NCBI GenBank assembly: GCA_965203295.1
Contig: CBDBCZ010000016.1
Location: 928,001-992,000 of the forward strand
DNA length: 64,000 bases
Origin: Nitrospirales bacterium
GTDB lineage: Bacteria; Nitrospirota; Nitrospiria; Nitrospirales; UBA8639
Direction of reading: 5' to 3'
Under the pieces are notes generated by a model, which did no database searches, was not told the DNA's origin, and saw only the letters and a program-made list of their open reading frames with translations. Numbering within the stretch: position 1 is the stretch's first letter; every line of letters begins with the position of its first letter. The position numbers were made by a program, and so were the translations under genes. Shown in pieces: positions 32,001 through 47,000 of the stretch.

Positions 32001-35000
32001 ATCCACTAGGATATATTCCAACGTTGATGTCCCTCATCTCTCCACTCCGAAGAGGAATGCGACAGGTGTACACCCCCTGATCACCAGCTGTTAAGATATT
32101 CTGACTGAGTGTGTTATGTACTCTCAGTTCCCCAGGCCGTGGGTGGTTAATTGTAAATACATCACCACTAGTGACAGTAGTTCCATTTGGACCAATGAGC
32201 ATCCCAACATTGTTCATCATTGAGCCAGAGCGACAGAAGAAACGGAAATAAACTCCAAATCTGGCTGTACCAAGGGAAATGACAATCGCGTTGTTTGGTA
32301 GTGATCCTGGGACTTCAAGGTCGCCAGTTGAAGCACCACTGAATACATGTATTCCAGCACCTGCAAGGCAATAAATTGCAACATAACTCTTTGATAGTAT
32401 GTTCAAATTGGAAGAACTAATGCTTGTACATTAACAGCATCTTGCTTACCCACAACATTGAAGCTGATTGTTTTACTTCCACTTATCAAACCACTAGTGG
32501 CTGTGCAGGTGTGGTTGCCAATGTCACTAGAGTGAACAGCTGCTCGTGTAACAGATTTTGAATTTTCAGTCTGGAAAGGACAGTCTCTACAGGTGGATGT
32601 CCACTGGTAGCTCACAGGACCAGTACCACCCACTGCTGTGCAAGTGACAGTCACTGGACCAGAGGCTGCTCTGTACTCATTGGGGCCCAGCTCAGCACCA
32701 GGGGGAGGTACGTAGGAGACAGTTATGCTAACCTCCAGTTCTGGTATAGGAGAAAAAGTTGCTGTAATGGTCCTGGCCATGTCATGCTTGCAGAGGTAGT
32801 AAACAAACAACACTCTAACTGTACGTAAGCCTGTATTATGGTCTAGTGTGAGGTGCCATAATTGCATATGCCAACTTATTGAGTGTAGTAAATAATTACA
32901 TACCTACAGTGATGTTCAGGCTGTAGTGTGACTCACTACGCTGGACATACATTACTCCTGAGCCAGGCTCAACAGTGCCTATGCAGGTGTATGTGTCAGA
33001 GTGAGTAACCAGTAGTGAAGGAATATGTAGCATAACTTTGTACACTCCATCTGAGGTTGTCACAATGGTGTCGTTCCTCCCTGCTTGCCCCTGAAGTCTT
33101 CCAGTCACCACCACATCACTATCCACTGCTGGATTAGGATCTAACTGGATAGTGCAGGTCAGAGTGAGGTTGTCTCCATGGCGGAGGCGTACACTGGCAT
33201 CAGGCTCACGGCTCACAGAAATTGTTGGAAGAGAAACTGTAAAGTAAATTAAACACATATTCTACAGTACAGTATGATGTATCTCTTAGGCTTGCACCTG
33301 CTTGTCCAAAATGTTGACTCACTAAAGCAGTTATGTTTGTATGATGCGATTCATTATTCAAAATAATAACTGCACGTGCCACTTTAAACATGCATGCAAA
33401 GTTATTTGTATACATGCTGTATGACTACCAGCTCTACAAGCCACCATGTTATTAAAAGATGCCCGCCAGTCACAAAGGTTTCCCCCCATTGTACCATGAC
33501 AAATACTGTATGCTCACTTTGTACTGTTAACACTACATCAGCCATCACTGTGCCTGCAGAGGAGGTAGCCTGGCAGGTATACTCCCCTCTGTGGGATGTC
33601 AATACAGGGTTGAATTCCAGTGTGCTGATGTATATATTAGTCGTTGCCTGATGTGTACTATTGACAGGAACACCACCAGGACCCATCCACTGCACAGCTC
33701 CTATCAGCGAGGCCCCCTCTGCCAGAGAGACAGTGCAAGTGAGAGAGAAGGACTCTCCTGCTGTTGGCGTCTCATATGGTGATATTGTGACTGTGAGAGG
33801 ATCGACTAAAGGAAAATAATAGCAATTATCACTCTTCAGCAACTACACAGTGACCACTGACTAATATTCTGATATGTATCTTCATAACTATAAATTCATT
33901 ATACCTGTATATAACAATTCACATTTCAAAACAATGTGTGAAATGTACAAGCTGACCGCACTCCCTACTAGAAAAGATTACAGGTGAACAGACATACATG
34001 TAATTTGCAAGTTGAGTTTGAGGAAAGCATTCTAGATGATGATGCTAAGTGTGCCCATTTGAGGGCACTGAGCCCTTTCCTAGAGACTGTTTAATTAACA
34101 TTTGCTTACTGTCACCGGGCAATGAGAGAAGCAGCTATTCAGTCCAAGTTTGAATAGAGTACTGGTGTGAGACCACTTCCCATTCTGAGAACTGTATCCT
34201 GTATTCATAAGGCAACGTTTGCCTAGCAAACTAAGCATTTATCTTTCTTAATTAAAGTATTCTCTGAACATGACATACGGCCAAAGAATCACAACAGCAA
34301 TGATACAGCTGTACTTATATACATCGAGATGAGTTAAATGATAGATTATTTCTTTACACTTAGACACTCTCGTTACTATAAGCCATACACTTAAGGGAGA
34401 GACTTTTAGTATCATAAGGGAAAACTTACATGCCATAAGCTCCTTTGAAGCTGTGCCCAATGCATTTATAACTGTGCAGTTATAAGTATGTCCAGTGATG
34501 TCAGTTGCTGCAGCATCGATGATAAGAACAGTTTCATATGTGGATAGTCTCCTGTCAGTTATTGTTTGTATCTGTGCGTAGGTGTCATCGGAAAGAGACA
34601 GTCGTTGGCTATCCCCCATCCAGGTTACAGCGGTGGCAGGGGAACCAGTGGAGATGCAGGTCAGGTTAGACGACAAGTGACCATAGGTGAATCCCATGTG
34701 TGTGATGTTAGGAGGAGCTGGGAAAGAACAACGTACACTCTCTAATGATTTATTGACTAATAACATGTGCAAGTGAATAATTTTACTATAATGAAGTCGA
34801 GACTTTAGATGTGAGGATTTACTATGTGTGAATTGTGATCTCACAAATACTGTATTATACCATAGGGCATGCAATGCTAAATCAAAATTTATGTAGCACT
34901 CATGTTCTCCACATAGCACATGTTTAACATACCATACTTACTATTAAATCCGCTAGGATATATTCCAACATTGATGTCCCTCATAGCTCCACTCTGAAGA

Positions 35001-38000
35001 GGAATCTGACAGGTATACACCCCCTGATCACCAGCTGTTAGGACATTCTGACTCAATGTGTTCTCTACTCTCAGTTCCCCAGGTTGTGGGTGGTTAATTG
35101 TAAATACATCACCACTAGTGACAGTAGTTCCATTTGGTCTAATGAGCATCCCAACATTGTTCATCATTGAGTCAGAGCGACAGAAGAAACGGAAATAAAC
35201 TTCAAATCTGGCTGTACCAAGGGAAATGACAATCGCGTTGTTTGGTAGTGATCCTGGGACTTGAAGGTCACCAGTTGAAGCACCTCTGAATACATGTATT
35301 CCAGCACCTGCAAGGCAATAAATTGCAACATAACTCTTCAATAGTATGTTCAAATTGGAAGAACTAATGCATGTACATTAATAGTATCTTGCTTACCCAC
35401 AACATCGAAGCTGATTGTTTTACTTCCACTTATCAAACCACTAGTGGCTGTGCAGGTGTGGTTGCCAATGTCACTAGAGTGAACAGCTGGTCGTGTAACA
35501 GATTTTGAATTATCAGTCTGGAAAGGACAGACTCTGCAGGTGGAAGACCACTGGTAGCTCACAGGATCAGTACCACCCACTGCTGTGCAAGTGACAGTCA
35601 CTGGACCAGAGGCTGCTCTGTACTCATTGGGACCCAGCTCAGCACCAGGAGGAGGTACGTAGGAGACAGTTATGCTAACATCCAGTTCTGGGTATGAGAG
35701 ACATAATGGCTGGTGAATTATCATCGATTCCACACTCCATAATAGTAACAGGTAACTACATATATAGCTACTAGCCTTGTCCCATGCAAACCCTTGCCTT
35801 TCAAAGTCAACTAGGAAGCTGTACAAATCATTGTACATGCACACACTTCACTGCTATGTCTCTCTTCCAGGCTCTACCGCATGATACGCTAGTTTACTTA
35901 CAGGAAAAAAAAAGCCTGACAAATGTTGTTTACCTACAGTGATGTCCAGACTGGAGTGTGACTCACTACTACCCTGGACATTCTCAAATCCTGAAGCAGG
36001 TATGACAGTAGCAGTGCAGGTATATGTGTCAGAGAGAGTAGCCCGTAGTGAAGGAATATCTAACGTGATTCTGTACACTCCAGCTGAATCCATAACTAGC
36101 ATAGTGGTGCTTCTCCCTCCTGGTCCACCAAGGCTTCCAGTCACTATCACATCACTGTCTACCACTGCTGGGTCTAGCTGGATGGCGCAGATAAGGGTGA
36201 GAGGGTCTCCATTGTGGAGGATCACAGTGGCATCAGGGTCACGGCTCATAGCCAGTGTGGGGGGAGGGACTGTGGAAGTATGTGTAGTTTTTAAATGATA
36301 TATATGCATACATCCTTACTTCAACTTGTATAATGTACTTCTAGTATGTTAATGCCATTGCACATGTGATGTTCAAAACAGTAGACTGAAGAACAATACA
36401 GGAATGAAAATTGCCTGAAAAGTTTACAGCTAAAGTACCTCATGGACCAAAAGTGTGCTATAATAATCTGAGCACTAAACAACATAGAAGCTATATAATC
36501 ATTTATACTCAAGACCACTGTTTCTATAGCCATAGGATCCCTGAGCACCTGGAATAGACAGGCTACACAGTCATGCTGGAAGATACTTTGGGAGCGTTCA
36601 ACATAATCCAGGGGAGCTTTAAAGACGGAAATTAGCTGTACACAATGCTTTAATATATATGGAGCTCGGGTAACTATATGCACTAGCTAAGTGAATGGTG
36701 GAGATATATCGCTGAGGTTTAAAAAATTGTACAGAAACTCTCTTCTAAATGTATGCAAGCTGAGAGTAACCCAAACTTAGTCAACATCGTGATGATCTGT
36801 GTACCATCATCATCTTAGAAGCAGGCCTTCAAGAGGACAATGATATGGAATACAAGTTGATCCTCACTGCCAACAATATGATCAGCTAGCCCATTGCCAA
36901 TCAATGGATACAGCCAACACATTCAGCTGAACTGGACTGTCAATTTTGTAACACATATTTACCCAAGCCAATGGTATTTCCTGAACGAGAAAATGCCATG
37001 GTGATACTACCCATACAATAAAATATAGGAAATGAGCCAAATGTGTGGAAAAATGCCAGGGGCCAAACCAGAATTCGGTTAGGTGCCTGCCAATAAAAGC
37101 TTAAATGTTACTTCTTTATAGAGATTTTGAGGCTTTAATAATTTAATACTATGTGTAATAAGGAATGTTGGCACCATCCCTACAGAGAGAAGAGATTACT
37201 GACTCTATGATGAGACACAGAGATTTGAAATGGAATCCCAAAAAGAGCAACCAACACAAGATGGAATCCCCCCCAAAAACCAAACGACAACATTTATCAG
37301 AATAGTATGGACCACTCCTCTGGGGGGCATTCCTTATGACATATATCTCCTTAGAAATGTAACACAGCATGCACATGCATGTACACATTTAACAAGAGAC
37401 ACATCTACTCACTTTGTATAGTTAATATCACAGTATTCACGCTTATCCCTCCTTTGGAAGTGACCCTGCACCTGTACTGTCCTCTGTGGGATGTCCTTAC
37501 AGGGCTGAGTTCCAGTGTGCTTGTGTAAGTCAAAATGCAGTCATCAGTCCTGGTTTGTTGGATGCTACCACTGCTGGTAACACCATCAGGGCCTGTCCAC
37601 TGCACTGACAGTGAGTCTCCCACTGCTACAGTGACAGTACATTCGAGAGAGAGGGATTCGCCTGCAGTTACTGTCTGACTCGGTGAGGATACAGAGACTC
37701 CAGGAGGAGGGACTGAGGGATGGAAGGAATAGCAAGTAGATTATGCAACGAATTTGGTACCACTGCATGAGCAAACTAGTCATTGCTATTGGATGTACTA
37801 CACTTGTCGTGATCAAGTTAGAATCCAGTAAATAGGAGAAAATTCGGAGTTGATAATCACAACAGCAAGTAAACTTACAGTATGTTTGTGAATCATTTCC
37901 CAGTGCATTAGTAACTGTACAAGTATAGGAGCATCTGTCAATATCAGATATGGTGAGCACATTCTCATAAGTGGACAGACTCCTGTTGGTCACAGTTGGT

Positions 38001-41000
38001 GTCAGTTGGTAGCGGCTTCCATCAATAGTCAGTGGTTGCCTGTTCCTCGTCCAGGTGACATTGGTAGCAGGAGAACCAGTGGAGAAACAAGTCAGATCAG
38101 TGGTCCCGGCTTCATGGGTGACTGATGTGATGTTGGGAGGAGCTAGGGAGGAACACAATACCATATCAGTTACGGAGTGCAATAACTTTTCACAAATATA
38201 ATAATTCTTATATGAAGTGGTTTAAAAGTGAGTGAGAGTGTGTTGGCTTATAGGTATGAGGTTTTCAATTGTGATGTGACGGGGAATTCTTGAGCGTGAA
38301 GTTAACAAGGAGAATATACAGTATTGCATTTTCATAACAGAGCACACAGACCTTTACACACAAGTAGTGCTGGGCGATATTGCGATATCATAGAAATATT
38401 GCGATATTGACGGAATTTGGTATCTGTATCGCAGAAATTTGTAGCAGACAATAATATTGTAGTCGCAATACATAGCACGCACATGCGCACGGGAGAACGA
38501 GAGCAGCGAAACAGAGGTTGAATCTGACGAAGAATCTGTCGAGTGGGGTATATCTGCTGTCCCCGAAGATTGCCTAGTGAACAAGCAAAATGCCAAGGCT
38601 GCAGTATGGCGGTATTTCGGGATGGAAGTGGAGTCGGGCGTGGTCAAAGACCCAGATCTGCCGGTATGCTGAGTCTGTCGTGTACGCGTGAAGACGAAGC
38701 ATGCCAATACCAGTAACTTGTACAGCCATTTGAAAAAGCATCACCCGATTGAGTACCAGGCAGTCAGGGCTCAGCGTAAGGAAGAGGGAAAGGGGAAGGC
38801 CTCGTCGAGTACAGCCAGGGAGTGTACCATTGCGGAATCCTTTAAGCTTGCTACCAAGCTTAGCTCTGATAGTCGTGAGTACAGAGAGCTTACAAAAGCT
38901 GTCACCTACTATCTAGCGAAAGATATGCGTCCTGCATACTCAGTTGAGCTACCTGGGTTCCATAGAATGGTCAGCAAGTTAAACCCACGGTATTGTCTAC
39001 CTGGTAGAAATTATTTCAGTCGTACTGGAATCCCTAGTCTTTATAACAAAGTTCGAGAGGAAGTTGAGCGAGAGATAGAAAGAGAGGCTGTTGTTAATTT
39101 CTCAGGTACCACAGATCTGTGGACTTCAGGGTCATCTGATCCTTACATAACTTTCACCATGCACTACATAGATACCACATGGCAGCTCGAAGCTACTGTC
39201 TTGGTGCTACGTATCTTGCTGAGGACCATACAGGAGAGAATATTAAAGAATCACTCCTTGAGACCCTTAGCGAGTGGAACCTTGATGCGACAAAGCTGGT
39301 TGCTGTCACAACAGATTCTGGTTCAAATGTAAAGCTTGCATGTGCACTTCTCCACTGGAGGTGGTTAAGCTGTTTTGGGCATAACTTAGACCTTGCAGTG
39401 CGAAAAGCTTTAGATGATCGTAGAGTCACCAGGGTTCTTAAAGTCTGCCGACAGGTCATAGCTACTACATTCTGTCGGAGTTGGGAAAAGAAGAGAGACC
39501 TTGCTAAGGCTCAACATGAAAAGCAGCTACCGCTTCACAATCTGAAAGCTGATTGTGTGACACGTTGGGGGTCATCACTTGCAATGCTTGAGAGGATAAC
39601 TGAGCAGCAAGAAGCCATTCGAATTGTCTTGGCTAGTGATAGAAAGGTTTCTCATCTTATACCCACTTGGCAAGATTTTGATGTAATCAATTCAGCAATA
39701 GCTGCTCTTGGTCCCCTGTGAGAACTTACCGATGCTCTTTCAGCTGAAAAGAACATTACCATCTCAGCAGTCCGACCACTTCTTACTCGTCTCAGCCACG
39801 AAATCCTCATGGAAAAGGATACTGACAGTTCTCTGACAGCAGAAATGAAGCGTTTATAAGGGTTGACTTTGAAAGCAGGTATGGTGATTCAGAGTTAAGT
39901 AACCTCCTGGATATCTGTGCATTCTTGGATCCCCGGTTTAGGCCAGCAGCGCCCAGTGAGAGCATTATTGAGGAGATGAAAGAGGAAATGTTATTGTCTG
40001 TTGAAGCCTGCCCATTGCCCACCCAAGAATGTAATTCATCGGCAGAGTCAGCACCCCCTCCCCCAAAAAGGAAGAAGAGCTGGCTAACTAAGATTCTAGG
40101 GACACCTGCGGTGCAATCTTCTACTACTCTTTCCCCTTCAGAGCAAGTTGCACAGGAAATGGATAGATACTTACATCATCCAATACTTGATGTTGAGTCC
40201 CACCCTCTTGAGTGGTGGAAAGCACAGGAAAAGCAGTTTCCACTACTTGGCAGGCTTGCCCATAATTATTTATGTATCTGTGCCACTAGTGTGCCCTCTG
40301 AAAGAGTTTTTAGTGCTGGAAGGAACATTGTCACAAGCTCACGGAACTCATTAAAACCGGACTCAGTTGACAAGCTTGTTTTACCAGCTACAAATCTGAA
40401 GTAATTAATATTGTGCTTGTAACTTGACTCTCATTCAACACTCATTGTGGTTGTAAGTTGTAACATTTTAGTAGTTGTCTTTTGCTTTGTCATTGGTCAT
40501 TGTTAAATTTTTGAAGTTGCCATGGAACCAATAATTTGGGTAATCATTACTACTCAGTTCAGTGCGTGTTTGATCCCAGATACCTGTAAATTCAGTCACC
40601 TAGTTAGTCTACCAGAGAAATTGATAGCATGAAAGTGGGAGAAAACTTCGGAGGGTATGTCAGATAGCACACTTGAGGGAGAGTTACAGGGCAGGGAGAG
40701 TATTATCGATGTACAAAACATTGTCAAGTGAGGACAGGAAAATAATCAGCCTTGTTCCCAGGCTCTCCCCTAAAAAAAAAAGGAAGGAGAGCCTGGTATA
40801 TTTATCATGTGAGTATTACGTAAGGTAGAGACAGCTTAATTGCATGTGGGTGAACAAAGCTACAATGGCAGACTTCCATGCACGATCCAATGGTCTATCA
40901 GCGAAAACAGTTGAAGAAATCGCGTTGAACAGAATAAAAAATCTCTGAAGCAGCCGCATGAATAGGCATCAAACTTCACTGGAAATGGGCTATAAAGTCG

Positions 41001-44000
41001 GAGAATACATGTACGAAGGGCACCGATACAGTACTCATTGGTTCAGTACGGGCAAAGATACATGTACTGAAGTCAGAAGAAGAATAAAATACCCCTTCCT
41101 TAGCTTTTATCAAGTATTTGTCCAGTGCAATATATAGGCAAATGAAGTTGACTGTGTAGACAGTTAGCTATTGATTCTGATAGCCTAACCTAATTAGAGA
41201 ATCACTGTAGCTATGTTTGTACCATGGCAGCCATACAAATCAAAGGCACCGCCAGCACAGTATACAGCTTACCCCACAGCTTCCTGTAGAATAAGTTGCC
41301 AGACAGTTTACTTATTCTACGTCTGCCTAGCTACACTATGTCTGTCTAGTTATTCTACTGTCTGGGCTGTTATTGTACTCATTACCACTTTTCTGAATTT
41401 TAAGGAGAACCACAAATTGGTTACTATGAAAACGTTGCCATGGTACAAGTCAGTTATAACACTTGGGTGTCAGCAGTTGGCTTAGGCTTCGGCTCAGCCA
41501 ATAAATCTGCTTAACTGCTTCCACATGTAAATGTTATCATATACTGCCTGAAGCCAATCAATGCTGTTGCTACAGGCACTGTGACTGTATATCTAAGAAT
41601 TCCTTTTAAGAAGGAAGCAATCATCCTCAACAACAAAATGCCAACTTTAAGAAAGCTAGCCTTAATTCCACACAGATTTTTTGCAGCTGTGGAGAAAATC
41701 GCTGCATGGAAGGCCTGTGTTCGTGGCTATAAGTATAATCAGCTTGTTTTACATGTACACGTATGTTATTAGTATGATTCCAGGAATTAGCTAGTATACA
41801 TGAGATATAGGTGTATAAGCAATTTATTTACCGAGGGCTGAAGGCCCGAGGGGAATAAATTACTTATACACCGACCACAAGTTGTATAACTGGTTTCTAC
41901 CACGTTATATCTGGCAGTTATATTTAGGCGTGTTTATATGGCAACGCTGCAGGACATGAAAACACGGTCAATAAGTGAGTAAGTTAGACACCTATTACGA
42001 GGTGAATAAGTGATTTTGAAACCTCAAATCTACCTGCCCAATTGGACGGAGTTCTACAAGTGTGGTAGAAAGATGGTGGTGGGGTTGATAGAAGGGAGGA
42101 TCTAAAACTGGTTGGTGAAGGACAGAGAGCAGGTACGGTGGGACAGAAGATAAGAGAGGGAGATGTTGGGGGGGGGGGGGGGGGGGGGAGGATAATGACT
42201 TGGTAACAGCAAGAGGGTCAGAAACTGTACAAACATTATGAGGGGGAGAAAGTGGAACACGGTGCAGAAATTGAGTGAGGATTAAGACCAGTATTAAGAA
42301 ACACCAGAAGAAGCCAATATTAGCAGGCAGTATATAGCAACAGAAACATGCAGAGATACAATAGTGGCTGTGGTGGTGAACATGTTACATACAGAGAGGC
42401 AATAGCCTGGGGCTGGGGAGGTAGACACAGGGACAATAGAGGAAACAATGGACAAAGCAAATGGCCTTGAGACAAAAAAGGGGAGTGTCTGGATCACCTG
42501 ATACATGGAGACAGATGTAGGTGGGTCTGGAAACATAGTATCGCCTAGTATCGCCTAGTAAGCCCACTGCAGTGACTCACTGAAGAGCATAAACTTTCTT
42601 CACAGTGAATTTACAGCATACTTACACTCTTTTGCAACAATTTGTAGCACACTATCTCAGAAATAGGCACTTACTATTGAATTCACTAGGATATATTCCA
42701 ACATTGATGTCCCTCATCTCTCCACTCTGAAGAGGAATGCGACAGGTGTACACCCCCTGATCACCAGCTGTTAGGATATTCTGCCTGAGTGTGTTCTCTA
42801 CTTTCAGTTCCCCAGGCCGTATGTGGGTATTAATTGTAAAGATATCGCCACTAGTGACAGTAGTTCCATCTGGTCCAATGAGCATCCCAACATTCCTCAT
42901 CATTGAGTCAGAGCGACAGAAGAATCCAAATCTGGCTGTACCAAGGGAAATGACAATCCCGTTGTTTGGTAGTGATCCTGGGACTTCAAGGTCACCAGTT
43001 GAAGCACCTCTGAATACATGTATTCCAGCACCTTGAAGGCAATAAATTGCAACATAACTCTTTGACAGTACGTTCAAATTGGAAGAACTAATGCATGTAC
43101 ATTAATAGCATCTTGCTTACCCACAACATCGAAGCTGATTGTTTTACTTCCACTTATCAAACCACTAGTGGCTGTGCAAGTGTGGTTGCCAATGTCACCA
43201 GTGTGAACAGCTGCTCGTGTCAATGAACTGACTGTCATAGTCTGGAAAGGACAGTTTCTGCAGGTGGATGACCACTGGTAGCTCACAGGATCAGTACCAC
43301 CCACTGCTGTGCAAGTGACAGTCACTGGACCAGAGGCTGCTCTGTACTCATTGGGACCCGGGATGAAACCAGGAGGAGGTACGTAGGAGACAGTTATGCT
43401 AACATCCAGTTCTGGTGGGAGAGACATAATGGCTGGTGAATTATCATTAATTACACATTATACCAGCAAACACTTGCTTTGCACATACACTAGGAAGCTG
43501 CACCAATCATGGTACATGCACACACTGTCTCTTTTCCAGATGGTAAGCTAGTTTACTTATATACAAATGTTGTTTACCTACAGTGATGTCCAGACTTGAG
43601 TGTGACTCACTACTACCCAGGACATTCGCAACTCCTGGAGCAGGCATGACTGTAGCAGTGTAGATATATGTGTCAGAGAGAGTGGCCCGTAGTGAAGGAA
43701 TATCTAGCGTGCTTCTGTACACTCCAGCTATAGCAGTCATTCCGGTGAAGCGAGTCACTGTATGTGTCTATAACCTGTGGCCCTATATGGGAGAGAGTCT
43801 ACACGTGTTTCTGTGGGTGCTATGGCGACCTAATCACATCGCCCTTAGAGAAGCCATATCACTGTGTAAATGCAAAGTCGCATAATTCTGAGCGAAGCGA
43901 GGCTATACTCAGGTTCCATTGACTTTTTTGTCATTGTCGTCGTTATGGTCACCGTCCCTCCGCCACTTCTCTACACTTATAGCATACCAAATTCGCCACA

Positions 44001-47000
44001 AGCACTTACCTTCGCTATAGAACTCTGTACAAGAGACCGGGAAGCGCTCACTATTACAGCTAGCCTGCTTCAGCCTGTGGTCTTCCAGGCACATTATTGC
44101 ACGTAGCCATTTTGTGTAGTGGGTGTGTATTGTAGGTGTGTCCTGTTCCGCGACCTTTCTCTTCAATGCTAGGCGTGCCACAAAAAAAATGTGCCACACC
44201 CAGCAATTCTCGCAAAGCGAGGACATCCCTGCACATTGTGTATCACTAGTTTAATTTCACAGTCAAGTGGGATACCTATGGTGATGTAGGCGTAATAGAC
44301 CCTTTACCATTAGTACGTCATTATGACGTCTGGGGGGTAATAGTAGGCAATAATTAGAATTCGACGCGCAAAAAGACGAGCGAGTACACCTGTTCTTGTG
44401 CTTCTTGTCTACGTTAACAGCTGACATTCGCTGTTTAGCCTACTGCTGGGGTAAGTACAGCTGCTCTTGCTTAGTTTTAGCGTCATATTGAACTCTGATG
44501 GCCATGGCAAGTCAACTGTTTGACCCTTCTTCTTCGAGTGGCTGCTCTGGGTCCTCCGGCGATGTTCCCGTCCAGAAATGGACGTGCACTGCGCTAAAGA
44601 GCTGGCTTAAGGCCCGCGGACTTAGCTATTCTGGCTTGAAAAAGGATCAACTTGTAGCAAAGTTAGGAAACACAGTAAATAATAATACATAGGCGTGATT
44701 TCCGGCAACTTTCAGCTCCTCCCTCTGCACCGTCTATATCCGGAGGGAATGTTTACATTATGCATAACATAAACGTAGTACACTCTTCAATCCACAGAGT
44801 AGAGGGTGCAATCCAATGTGGGCTTGATTCCCCAGTTGAGGAAAGTGATGAGGATGATGAGATAGTGCCTGATGGCTTTGAAGCAGCCATGACATCCAGT
44901 AGCGGATGGATGGATGAATGCTAGCGTTACAGACATGCCACCTCTCACGCTGAAACATATACATCAATTCTTCATATCAGGTCGGCTAAGGAAAGAGCGA
45001 GTGACTGCCACTAAACCATTTGAGAGGGGATATAGGTTTTTTGAATCTAAGAAGGTGCAAGGAATTTCAATAAATCAAGTATCTGGTTCCTCTCTTTATA
45101 CCATCATCCGTGCAGCAGTACTACCATCCCAGAAATGTGGCACTGCTTACACAACAGCTGTGGCTGTAAACAAAATGAATGGGCAAGTCATATATGGTAG
45201 ATGTAGCTGTATTGCAGGCAAGTCAGCTTGCAATCACACTGCCGCACTAATGTTTGCAATTGATGACACGAACAGAGAGTGATCCAGTCATGGAAGTGGG
45301 GGACCACCAAGTTGTACATCACTGCCCAAGCGGCGGGGAGTTCCAGCGAAATCTAAGAGGGGAAAGGAACCAACGCCAGTTAAAAAACTGCAGGTACTTA
45401 AACCTACGTATGGAAAACTGCCACAGCAGTCACCTATGAACACCATAGAACCGACTGACCCTTCCCAAAGTCTAGTTGACATCGGTAGAGTAAAGTCTCT
45501 TCGGGAAGATCTTGAAAAAATTGTCAACAAAAGATACTGTTTAGTCAGGTGTGGCCCGTAAATCCAGACCCTTTACAAATTAAACATCTTATGCAGAAAC
45601 AGCAACCAAAAGTGGACTAAAAGAATGTTGAACCGTCTCTTTTTGTAGCCTCATCCCCATGCCAGTCCTTCCCCCCGATATTTCAGTTGCAACCGTGAGT
45701 ACATGTACTTTATCCAATGCCTATAGTTAATTGCCTATATATATCTACATCATACAACATGACATGTTTCTTGCAAGTTCAACAGCATTCTTTGTACATG
45801 TAAGCAACTCCAATACAAGTCAAAACAGTGTGATTAATTAACAGCTCAATTAAAACTTCAGTACTGTAACAGCAACATATACATTAATCAGAAACAACAC
45901 CAAAATACAAGCAATAATTTCACTAATTTCTTTTTCTGATAGCCTTGCAGGATCGGTGACAAGGGGAGGGTGAAACAAACTAAGTGAACAGCAAATTCCC
46001 CATATGCTATCGATGGAATGTACGAGTGATAGTGGTACAACATTGGACAAAATACGATACTGCTTAACACGGCCAATAGCTCTTTCCACGTGGATCCTAA
46101 GTGAGGCTATCTTACGTGTAATAATAACATTCTTCTTCGATAGCTGTTGGTGATTCTTCACAAATGGGGGGATATTAAGCTTTGCACCACGAACCAATAC
46201 ATCATACGAGATATCAAAACCCTTGTCAGCCATGACTGTGTCTCCAGGCATAACATGATCTAAAACACCACATTCGCGGGTAAGGGCTTGATCTGATACA
46301 GAACCAGCGTACAAGTCAGATATAAATGTAACAGCTCCTGTAGGGGAAATGCCAACTAAAGCTTTAAAAGTATTGTGATGCTTATATGATGAGTAAGTGA
46401 GCGACTGTATAGACATAGATGAGGGTACTTCAGTGAAGAATTCGGTGCAGTCTAGTATTACACGGGTAGTAGGACAAAATTCGACAAACTGTGCAGGCAT
46501 ATGTGCATCAATGCATTCTCTTGAGGGCCATGTAATCAGGGGTCTAAGTTGTTGGTTTAGAAACTTTATCCAAGTAATACAGATACGAGAAACTGTAGCA
46601 ATGCTAATGTTGAATCTGTGTGCTAAATCTTGCTCCAGTAATCCCAAACGCAGTCGAACTAGTGTCAGAAAAAACTCATCAATAGGTTGTAAAGCTCGTG
46701 CTCGTGGTTTGAATATACTGGTAGATGTGCTTTTGATTTCATTACGACAGAGACGTAAGTAGCATAGTAGAGGTTCCAGGAATCTGTACAGGCACATTAA
46801 TACGGAGTAGGAGGGAAGACCAGTATAGAACTGAATGTCTTTGTCACTGCCCTGAAAGCGTCTCAAAAGAAACCGTTGTGACTCCAGAGTTCTAACTTCC
46901 TCTTCAAGCCTAAGCACCTTCAACTGGAGTTCACTAATCTTCTCTTCATGCTGTTCTATTGCATTGACTGCACTTGGAGTCTCAACTTGCTTTGGCTTTT

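Noticed and set aside
36500..36960. Possible decayed FN3-like coding remnant on + ([18 protein letters not shown])
   Set aside because: Multiple stops, opposite strand to the RPTP, similarity too weak to support by eye
37079..37180. Alternative terminal exon giving a secreted RPTP-A isoform
   Set aside because: An acceptor-like ctctctgtag exists but there is no paralogous conservation or other support
42538..42570. Right TIR of the hAT element
   Set aside because: atcgcctagta only partly matches the expected atcgcccagcacta and no 8-bp TSD follows
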